From NCBI RefSeq assembly GCF_028641065.1, contig NC_073387.1, forward strand, positions 21,266,001-21,330,000: a stretch of 64,000 nucleotides of DNA. Direction: 5' to 3'. The notes beneath the pieces are model-generated. The model was not told where the DNA came from and did no database searches. It saw only the letters and a program-made list of their open reading frames with translations. Origin of the DNA: Leucoraja erinacea (Eukaryota). The position numbers and the translations under genes were made by a program. Below, piece by piece: positions 36,058 to 45,819 of this stretch (its first letter is position 1; each line of letters opens with the position of its first letter).

Positions 36058-38487
36058 TTAAATTATTCGCAATTTTTTGATCTCGCGAGTGATACTAACC
36101 TTGCGTCCAGATGCGTTGTCTATTTTAGGAAACATGGCATGCCTCTTCGCAGTGCCGGAACTCGAACACGTGTCATATCGGAAACTTTGAGAAAGCGGAT
36201 CACCCCCAAACACTTCCACGTAATTTGGAACAATTTCAAGATTTCTGCTGGCTTTTTGTATTCCATTCAACGAACTGCGTGTTTCAAAGCAATGGCAAGT
36301 GCTCAGATAACAATCGTGGGACTCAAATCGACTCCTCCCTTTATAAATCTTAACGGCAAGCAGAATCACAATGACGAGAAATGTAGACGAGGTCACCCCT
36401 AAGCATATGACTAAGTAAATGCTGAGATCCGCAAACGTTGTGGGTTCTTGAGCCGAACCGTTCGCATCAGTAAGTTTTTCCATATCATTATCTGCCAATG
36501 ATAAGATAATAGTCAATGAAGCGGAAAGTGGCGGTGAACCGTGATCTTTTACACCGACGACCAACCTTTCTCTTGTGCTGTCTTTGCTCATTATACCACG
36601 GATTGTCCAGATCTCGCCAGTATCTGGTGAAATGGTAAAAAGTCCACGATTAGTGGCCTGGATAAGTTGATAGGAAAGCCGGGCATTCTGGCCATAGTCC
36701 GCATCCTTCGCCGATACCTTGGCAACCAGATAGCCTGGTTCTGCCGAACGAGACATTGTCTCTGTTACTATCGATCCATAATCGGGTAATGGGTGTACAA
36801 TTACCGGAGCGTTGTCATTCTGATCAAGGATAATAAATTCCACAGTAACGTTGCTGGATAATGGCGGCTGTCCTGAGTCCGTCACCACAATCCATATCTG
36901 AATTTGTTTCAGACTCTCGTAGTCGAAAGATCTTTGCGAAAATATAATTCCTTGTTTTGATTGGATATGTACATAATTGAACACTGACTCGGTCTGAACC
37001 TGGCTCGGTACGATTGAGTAGTTTAATTCAGAGTTCTGATCTAAATCTGGATCAAACGCTGTTACTGAAAAGATGGACGCCCCGATAACATTGTTCTCCA
37101 TCACATGTGCTGTATATACAGGCTGAGAAAAGTACGGCGAATTATCATTTATATCAGAAACGTCCACCACAATAATTTTCTTCGAGGTGAGCACAGGTGA
37201 CCCCGAATCAACGCAGACGATTGTGATTTCATACCTCGAAATATTTTCACGATCAAGATGGTGTTGCGTGTGTAGTGTTAAATATTTTTTAGAAGATGCG
37301 TCCAGATGGAAAGGAACGTCATTTGCCACTTGACAATTCAACTTTCCATTGTCTCCAGAATCTTTATCTGTGGCACCGATTAAAGCCACAACCGTGCCTG
37401 GCTCCGAATCTTCGGGTACGGGGTTAAACAGTGTAGATACAGTGATCTCTGGCGCATTGTCATTCATATCGATAACATGAACGAGCACATGACAAAAAGA
37501 TGAAATTGCGTCGGGACCGGAATCATCCGCCTGAATATTTAATTCAAACGTATCGCTTTCTTCATGGTCCAAATTTCCATTGATCGTTATTTCACCTGTT
37601 TTGTAATCTACGTTAAACAGCTCACGTAATCTATCTGAGGTTTGGCGACCGAAAGAGTAAATAATCTCTCCATTTGATCCATCATCTAAATCAGTGGCAT
37701 TTAATTTGACAACCAGTGATCCTATGGGCATATTTTCCATCACGTTAACCCTGTAAACGGACTGGGAGAACTGGGGAGGGTTATCATTTGCATCTTTCAC
37801 AATTATTAATATTTCTGCGGTTCCTGAACGCGCGGGGACTCCGCCGTCCTTAGCAATCAGCAGCAGCATGTGTCTGGGTACTGTTTCTCTATCCAGTGCT
37901 CTTTTTAAAACTAACACGGGCATGACTTCATTTCCATTTCGATTCTCAACGTCCAACGAGAAGTAATCATTCTCAACTAACTGATATGATTGCACCGAGT
38001 TACTTCCTACGTCTGGGTCATGAGCGCACTCAAGCGGATTACTTGTTCCTGGTGCGGCCATTTCTGAGATGTCAAGGCGCATCGTGCTTTCGGAAAAGGT
38101 CGGTTCATTGTCATTTACATCCAGAATTTCCACTTCAGTTTCGTGCAGACTGAAAGGATTTTCGATCATTGTTTCTAAGGACAAGGCACACACTGCGCTC
38201 GGTCCACAGATCTGTTCCCTGTCTATCTTTTCCTTCACAAATAGATTGCCATTGTTCTTATTTACGTCGAAAAATTGCTTCGTCGGACCAGGCACAATAC
38301 GGAAACTGCGGATCTTGAGCTCTTTTACGTCTAAACCCAAGTCAACCGCGATATTTCCAACAAAGGCTCCCAGCTGCAGCTCTTCCGGAATTAAGTAACG
38401 AATCTGTCCAGAAATTAGACCCCAGAAAGAGAACACCCAACACAGTAATATCCATTTTAACAGCCAGTGGTGTCTATAACGTTTCAT
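36058..38487 (-). CDS. Clustered protocadherin variable exon D, full ectodomain with atypical 3' end
   Basis: ATG at 38487 (MKRYRHHWLLKW...SGQIRYLIPEE). Six ECs, TM, SLNGIQKASRNLEIVPNYVEVFGGDPLSQSFRYDTC. Candidate phase-0 donor AAG|GTTAGT at 36100/36099. Confidence 0.95.
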   Translation of the reverse strand: MKRYRHHWLLKWILLCWVFSFWGLISGQIRYLIPEELQLGAFVGNIAVDLGLDVKELKIRSFRIVPGPTKQFFDVNKNNGNLFVKEKIDREQICGPSAVCALSLETMIENPFSLHETEVEILDVNDNEPTFSESTMRLDISEMAAPGTSNPLECAHDPDVGSNSVQSYQLVENDYFSLDVENRNGNEVMPVLVLKRALDRETVPRHMLLLIAKDGGVPARSGTAEILIIVKDANDNPPQFSQSVYRVNVMENMPIGSLVVKLNATDLDDGSNGEIIYSFGRQTSDRLRELFNVDYKTGEITINGNLDHEESDTFELNIQADDSGPDAISSFCHVLVHVIDMNDNAPEITVSTLFNPVPEDSEPGTVVALIGATDKDSGDNGKLNCQVANDVPFHLDASSKKYLTLHTQHHLDRENISRYEITIVCVDSGSPVLTSKKIIVVDVSDINDNSPYFSQPVYTAHVMENNVIGASIFSVTAFDPDLDQNSELNYSIVPSQVQTESVFNYVHIQSKQGIIFSQRSFDYESLKQIQIWIVVTDSGQPPLSSNVTVEFIILDQNDNAPVIVHPLPDYGSIVTETMSRSAEPGYLVAKVSAKDADYGQNARLSYQLIQATNRGLFTISPDTGEIWTIRGIMSKDSTRERLVVGVKDHGSPPLSASLTIILSLADNDMEKLTDANGSAQEPTTFADLSIYLVICLGVTSSTFLVIVILLAVKIYKGRSRFESHDCYLSTCHCFETRSSLNGIQKASRNLEIVPNYVEVFGGDPLSQSFRYDTCSSSGTAKRHAMFPKIDNASGRKVSITREIKKLRII

Positions 38488-38688
38488 TTCTAGCACAACA
38501 CATCCCAGTTGTCTCGGCGTGATGGTTTCCTTTGTTACTTACGATTGTAGTCACTTGCATTTGTTTCCCTCGACAATGTGTGAGAACAGATCAAACACAC
38601 TATCATTTAGAAATCTGAGGATTCCTTCTCGGTTTTCCTCAACATTTCTGCAACATAGTCCTGATTTCCGACTGCCAAATGGACTTCA

Positions 38689-38853
38689 GTGCTGCACGGC
38701 TCGAGATTCAGCATTCAACTGTGGCAAAATCTACGCAATGGTGTAAGGGGAGGAAAGCGGGCGGGCCGGATCACCAGTCACAATCCAGCCTCTGATAGGC
38801 CGATGCCAAGTAATAATATTCAATCTATCCAGCGTCTTCGTATTTCTTAAAGC
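38689..38853 (-). promoter_or_regulatory. Conserved promoter module of Pcdh exon D (more diverged)
   Basis: GTGCTGCACGGCTCG ~38689, ccggatcaccagt, GATAGG (CCAAT variant) ~38794, TTCTTAAAGC 38844-38853. Confidence 0.65.
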
Positions 38854-39129
38854 GGTGCTGTCATGTGAAATCGTCGCATCACATTTCACATTATTGGTTG
38901 ATCAATGAAAAATACAAACGATGCTTTGACTATTTTGTGGGTTACATTCTTCCACGAATATAAACTCCCACTTTTATAATGTAACATGTAACAACGGACC
39001 ATGTTATGCACAAGTTGTAAACCCATGTTGTGCTGAAATGTAAAGAGTTTAAATTCAATTGAAGCAGATATGTATTCTTCCTCCCATTAGAACGGTTATC
39101 TATAGTTCATAAATAATCAAAACTGAAAC

Positions 39130-40300
39130 ATCTAGAAATTGGATCTCGCATCCTGTTAATGCACTTGACACATGACGTGCTATTTACAATGCAATTAAAT
39201 TCCCCACGAATAATCGTGAAATTGTGTAAAATATATACTGGAGATATGGCTATGAATATCTCCGCTCCAGGTTGTAGACCAGAACGGGTAACGAGCAGTT
39301 GCATTATAAGTGCTCAGTCGCTGCGCCGTTGCCTGCTGATTACTATCAGACATATAAGAAATTCGCGCCAAAGCAGCGACAGAGCTGATATCAAGAAGTG
39401 ACGGGAAAATGAAGTTGGGTTCGTGTGCAAATGAATGCCCAGACCAATGGTTTCCCCCAATGAAGTTCTTCAATGATGTAGTATATGCAGTGCCACGCAA
39501 ACGATGAAGTGTTAGGAGATCTTAATAGGCACATCTACTCTGATTGCTTCAATATCCATGATGCTGAACATGGTAGCGCATGTAAAATGCAAAGCGATTT
39601 CGGATATACGATATGTCAACATGCCCTGCCCAAATCCCTTTGGATGTGATTGCGTAACAACGACCATAATCCGGCTAAATTAACATTTAAGCATGGTTTG
39701 CGTAATAATCCCTTTACTATGTTCACTAAAATCTGTGACGGGTCATTGTCTAAAAATATCAGTAGTGCCGTTGTACAGCAAAGCGTAACTAACTGGAGGA
39801 AATCAGCGACTATAATAGCATCTGTGGAGGGAGAAATTGTCTCAAGTCGGGTCCTTGCATAGGCTAATAATTCCTTCCACGTCATAAATGCTGCTCAGGC
39901 GACTAAATTCCTCCTTCAGTTTTTAATACAGCTTCCACCATCTTCGGTCCATTGAGTCACGTATTTGTACAGTTTCTTTAGTATTTGGATATACCTTTTA
40001 AATTTGTAAATATGAAATATACTTCCCAGATAATAGAGCTTCGAGTCACGTATAATTCATTCCATGGTGGATACGGTGAGAGTTGAAGGGTTAAAGACAG
40101 ATAACGATGCATTTTTGTTAGTGAAGTGATGACATTTCCCATACAAACTGGACGTCAGTTCAAAGCTTATGGACGCTGCCATCAGGAAAAACATTTGTTA
40201 GTCATTGACAATACTGCTTTGAGTTGCTTTCTTGAATTGCTCCAATCATCTGATGAAGTTACATCCCCAAATTGTCGGGGTGTGGGATTTTCCCTAGTTA
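39130..40300 (-). pseudogene. Putative ancient protocadherin exon remnant (EC5 to cytoplasmic)
   Basis: Collinear remnants: RPVCMGNV (~RPVYTANV), IIVADFLQ..LIFLDND..ILVN..KPC (~IVVTDSGQ..IILDQND..IVN..KPG), ggtagc..tgtaaaatg (~ILQATH of A), TRSGLQ..IFIAISP (~TRSSLNGIQ..IHIAP). Confidence 0.45.
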
Positions 40301-40384
40301 GCAATATCATCTGAGCGACGAATTATTTCGAAACGATATTGTTGCTCTTGATTTTGTACGTGCGAACTATTGCAGATTTGGTAG

Positions 40385-40672
40385 TTATAGTCATAGAGCC
40401 ATGGAGTCATAGAGTCACGGAGTCATACAGCGTGGAAACACAAGTCCTACCTGCCTGCAAATGGTCAATATCCCATTAAAGCAGTCCTATCAATGTGCTT
40501 GTCTAACTGCTTATTAAACGTTGCCATAGTCCCTGCCTCAACTATCTCCTCTTATAGCTTGTTACATACACCCATCACCCTTTTTGTGAAAACGTTAGCC
40601 CTCAGATTGCTATTGTCTATCCCCTTCACCTTAAACCTGTGTCCTCTGGTCCTCGTTCCCCTTACTCTGGGA
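40385..40672 (-). mobile_element. CR1-type LINE 3' fragment
   Basis: (tcatagag)n tail, ccttaaacctgtgtcctctggtcctcg. Confidence 0.7.
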
Positions 40673-41061
40673 TGTAAGGCAGTAACCACCGCTGCGTCAC
40701 TGTGTCGCCTCTCGTTTTGGTTAGTCCTCATACTGTAATTCCGGTCCTAATCCGGTCCTAATTCCGGTCCTAATCTCACCCCGTTAGTCTGGTTCAGTAA
40801 AACACTGAGTCAAGCACTGGATCAACTAACTTTCTTTTCCGCACACAAACACACAACCTATACGACACCTAACCAACACCGCGGGTCCGATCCTTGTCTC
40901 TACTCGTCCAAGCCCTTCAGTCTCTTGTGAATGGACTCCCCCAGTTGGTCAGCACGGTCCCAAGTGCTACCTCAGAAGATCAACACACTCTCATGTGCTC
41001 TCCCCACTTTTATACTAAATCGGACCCTTGGCGCGAAATACATGGTGGGGCAACCCCTACA
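40673..41061. mobile_element. Possible solo LTR
   Basis: TGTAAGG...CCCTACA termini (TG..CA, imperfect inverted ends), internal (aattccggtcct)x3 and a TATA-like motif on the minus strand. No TSD found. Confidence 0.3.
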
Positions 41062-42042
41062 AGCCAATCATAAATAAAGGTCATGCAATACATCAATTGA
41101 CAGTTCCCTAACCCTATCACAGAATATCCCATAACATTGTTTCTGCAGAAAGGTCTTAATGGAAAACAGTTCCCTTATGTAAAGACACATTTTAGCAGGT
41201 AATGTAACCAATTTGGGAAAGGCCCCTCTCCTTGACCAATTACAAACAGCAGTGCAAAGACCATGAAACATAGTTAACAATAGTATTATAACCCATCATT
41301 TCCCAGCCAATCCTGGTCATGGATTTTGCAAAATGACTCAGATATCAATTATAGGACATCTGGACATCACCCTGTACTTAACTTCCTCCCAAGCCACGGA
41401 CATTCTGGAGCAATGATCCTCATGGTCTTTGCAGCTTTTGCAAAAAGATGCCAAGCAGGTTTTGCAAAGACAGAAATCCTCCATTTTGTCAGGCACTTAA
41501 ATGCCCAATGTTATCAATACCTTTAGCAAATGGTATCGTGTTGACAAATCACCCAAGTCTCTGTCGTGCATCCATCGTGTGAGCATAGTTTCCCAATAAG
41601 ACCACAAAGGCAAAGGTCTGGAGTGTAATTTGCCCAGGGCAGCACGTAGGCCGTGTGTCAATGGCGCTGCCATTCGAGCTTCGGATCAGTATCAATGCAG
41701 TAACGTGTATATTCGTGTATGCGCCAATATCTGAATAGATATTAATGAAGAACTCACTCCCTTCATCAATCTAAAGAAAGGCCCCGACCCAAAATGTCGT
41801 CTGCCCTCGTTCCTCCGCCTTTGCTGCTTGACCCACTGAGTTGCTCCATTGGTTTGTATTCACTCCCCGAAAGTCTGTCGGATAAGCGGCATGCGACTCG
41901 CTCGAGACATTCGTAGATTTTTCGCAGATAGTCTTCAGTTTCGGGGTTTCACGCGTTATTCAGACTATTTATCCTGAACAAAGGCCATTTCAAAACTACA
42001 ATCAGTTAAGTACAGCACCGCAAACCTGCGTGGCTTGCATAA

Positions 42043-42316
42043 CATAACCATATAATATAACCATATAACAATTACAGCACGGAAACAGGCCATCTTGACC
42101 CTTCTAGTCCGTGCCGAACACATAATCTCCCCTAGTCCCATATACCTGCGCTCAGACCATAACCCTCCATTCCCTTCCCATCCATATAACTATCCTATTT
42201 TTAAATGAGAAAAACGAACCTGCCTCCACCACCTTCACTGGAAGCTCATTCCACACAGCTACCACTCTCTGAGTAAAGAAGTTCCCCCTCATGTTACCCC
42301 TAAACTTCAGTCCCTA
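42043..42316 (-). mobile_element. CR1 LINE 3' end ((ccatataa)n-tail family)
   Basis: Same family as 63533-64000 (ccatataacaattacagcacg..aacaggccatct). Confidence 0.85.
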
Positions 42317-44624
42317 ACATATGTCGCCAAATTTTCTCTCACCAGAAAAATACACGTTCTTTTAAAAGAACGAACTACATACTCCTGAATCGACGGGAAT
42401 ATTTCTGAACTGGTTACTTCGTTTTTCTCGTGGAGTGACAAACCAAGACTAAGGTACACGGCGGCCTTTGTGACACTAACCTGCGTCCGTCTGTAATCAT
42501 TAAGGGGGTTGGTTTGATATCAAGCAACATTTCACTCTTTTAATGTTTTCAGACAAAGAAAATTGAAATTCATCAAACGTTAAGCCCCAGGAGTGAATTT
42601 TTTGCTTGTGTGTTTGCGTAATGAAAATCAATTGGAGCCTTATGAATACTTCGCAAACATTTGCGCTTGAAAGGTTTTTTTTCCCCCAGACAAATAGCAA
42701 TAAGACAACGGCCAAATGTACAATTTTGTATTGATATATCTGTGCATCGGTCACTGACCTTCAGTAATTGAACATGAAACTACGGTTGTAAAAGTAGCAA
42801 AATGTTTTCAATATTATCTTGTGAAAACTAGAGTAAGACTTGAAAATTCGTTCGTATTATTTTGCAACTGGGCGCGTTCATGTCAAAGAAATAGTCTAAA
42901 TTTGACTGCGGGTAACGGAATATGTTAAACCGATTGAAGGATAGAGCAGAGGGATTTAGCGGAGGAGGCAAGGATTCGGAAATTTGGTGCTTCGGATCTC
43001 ATCCGGAACAGAGGCGACATGCACAGGAGGGACGGAATGCACTTGATATGGCCGGAGACTAACGTCTTGGCTTGCATGTTTGGAAATAATACTCAGGAGG
43101 GTTAAAACTAGATTGACTCGGGAGAGTGGGATGCTATCCCTTGTGTAGTGAGGCAGCTTGAACGTCGGACGTCAATTACAGCCTGTTCAGTAGACAGGAT
43201 AGTTTTCAGTACGACAGGGGACGAGGAATGTCTGTTGAAGTAAATTGCCAATATTAGCAGGGATCACTCGCACCCCATCCATTCTCTCTTCTTCTCTCAC
43301 CCGTTAATGGGTATCACAAAAGGTTGAGAGTGCATGTCACCAGGATAAAGAGCAGTATCTTTTTTTCCGATATTATCGTGTTCTTGAAGGCTCAGAAGCT
43401 CTGCATTTATCCCCAAACTTACAATCTAGCTCGTGCGCACTGGCACTTTATCTTCATTTTCTCTATGGCTGTAACACGACATTCTTCTCATGTTTTCTTT
43501 TGCCCCACCTGTTATACTCGTGTATAGTATGACATTAAGCAAAAAAACCTTTTCGCTATATTTCGCTATACTGGACGAAAAATAAACCACTCCAATATGT
43601 ACCAAAATATGTTGTGTTGGTTTGTATTAAAAACTGAAAAAGTTGAAGGCATACAGTAGGTCAGGTTGTTATTGTGAAGGGGAGAATAGAGATTCCGTTT
43701 CAGTCCAATGCTGTATATGTGTTTTTATTTCAATTTCTCAGATATGTGGTATTTCCTTTTCATTGTTACTTGCTGCGACGTCACCAACCTTAAAAACGCA
43801 TGACTATGTATATAGCGTGTCAAATGTATCTGTACTATTTCATCACGGTCCATCAGTCAACATGTTTCAACCACGAGCAATTAATTGCGACACCTCTCAC
43901 TTGAAGGGGGGGGGGGGGGGGGGGGGGGGCATAAAAACCATGTCAATTGCACGTTAAGGCAATAGGGTCACTTCACAAGCAAGATGTATAGAATTACCTC
44001 ATTAACTGTCGTGGAAAATAAATCGTCTTCATTGCACCAACAGTTGTCAGTGTCGTTCAAAATTGCGCGATCAACGTTGGACATAAAGTTGCTTTGAGAT
44101 AGACACAAAATGCTGGAGTAACTCAGCGGGTCAGGCAGCATCTCAGGAAAAAATCTGCCCTCCATTTTCACCTTTTTTCGAGCGACGCTGCCTGATCTGC
44201 TGAGTTACTCCAATATTCTGTGTCTGTGTTAGGAGTAAATCAGCATTCGCAGTTGCTTTTATTTCATTTTATTTGGTGCAGAGTGAGGACGGGCCTCACG
44301 GGTACTCGCTGAAATAATATTGCAGTTTAATCACATTGATAGTTTGGAAAATCTCACTGTCCTCATCCTCGGGTAGCTGCGCAAAAACGCACAGCCAATC
44401 TTGCAAATGTTAATATTACCAACTGTGTATAAAGGCTCTGGCATGGCGGCAAAAATAATCGACCGTCAGCTTCAATGTCTGTGGTGATAGAGTCATAGAG
44501 TCATAGAGTGAGACAGTGTGGAAACAGGCCCTTCGTCCCAACCCGCCCACACCGGCCAACAATGTCTCAGCTACACTAGTCCTCCAAACCTGTCCTATCC
44601 ATGCACCATCCAACTGTTTCTTAA

Positions 44625-45070
44625 ACGCATAATCATTTCGTTTTATTCGTCAACACTGCGGTTCCCCAATCACTTTGTGTTTCTTTGGCCATAAGTCCAT
44701 TTCGATCTTTTTTATTCCAATATCTGCGTTCAGTTGACTTTTCAAGGAATATCGGATATTTTGGCTTGTATTGTTTTGACTGTATTGAATCGGGGTTTAA
44801 TGCATATTGATCAATGCCTTGGAGTTGCCACTTCGCTGAGTTACTTGAACATATTTCCAACCGTTGTACAGCAGAGTTGGAGTACAACAATCTTGAAAAA
44901 GTTACTCCAATCGGTCGGGAGTCGGCCTGGCTTTTCTAAGGGAAGATGACTGGTCTGATTTAATGGTGGAACAATACGAAATTGTTAAACTGTGAATGAG
45001 TTCGTGAGGACCGCGCAGAAGTAATTTCAGCGTGTACGAAATAAACAAGCAAATTAAGCAAATACTGCAT
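44625..45070 (-). pseudogene. Putative ancient protocadherin exon remnant (EC1-EC2; may continue to ~42400)
   Basis: ORF 44633-44890 RLEI...DSIQSKQYKP..PIFLEKSTER..LMAKE..GTAVL, then NDYA, vs B RLEI...NSLQSYQLQP..PVLLLEKSLDR..LTAKD..GTVQI..NDNA. LEKP upstream resembles LENP. Confidence 0.5.
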
Positions 45071-45184
45071 TATAACTATGCACACTATAATATTGCATTT
45101 GTCACATTGTACAAATTTACACGGGGCCGGCATCTTGTGAGCAGAATATTCCCTTCCGATGGCGCATATAAATGAAGATGTATC

Positions 45185-45818
45185 TGTAGTTTTAGGTTTA
45201 GGTTTAGACTTACTTTTTGACACGTTTACCAAGGTACAGTTACAAGAATGCTATCCAAACAGAACAAATATGCCATGCATAAATGCAATTGGCAAACTCA
45301 AGTACAATAGATCGAGCGGAATATTATGCTCAAAGATGTGATGCGTTTTAACCGTCAGTTCGATAGACAACGTCTAATGCCCTCAGTGCGTAGAGTAGAA
45401 TCAGGCAGCTTTTGGAAATACCGTTGAGAAGCCTGATACCAGGGGGACAAGCTGTTCCTGACTTGGTGGTGCGCGCTTTCAGACGTTTTACTTTCTCCCG
45501 GACGGGAGGAGGAAGAAGGAATCATTGGCGTGGGATATGTCTTTGAATTACGTGGGCTGCTTTTACGAGGCAGTGAGATGTGCAGATGCAGTTAATAGGG
45601 GCAAGGCTGGAATATGTGACGGACTGCGCTACTTCTACAATTCTCTGCAATGTATTACGCTCTTGGGCAGAGCCGCTCCCATAACAAACTGTGATGCAAC
45701 ACAACATTATGCTTTTAATTGTGCATCCGTAGATGTTTGTAAGTGTCACTGGAGACAAACCGAATTTCCTTAATCTTCTCAGGAATAGAGGCGTCGGTGT
45801 GGCTACTTGGCGTTGCAT
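45185..45818 (-). mobile_element. Rex/Babar-like LINE 3' fragment (DUF1891-type C-terminus)
   Basis: LFLRRLRKFGLSPVTLTNIYGCTIKSIMLCCITVCYG..LQRIV; tail at 45185-45235 resembles that of 25330-25365. Confidence 0.75.
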
Positions 45819-45819
45819 T

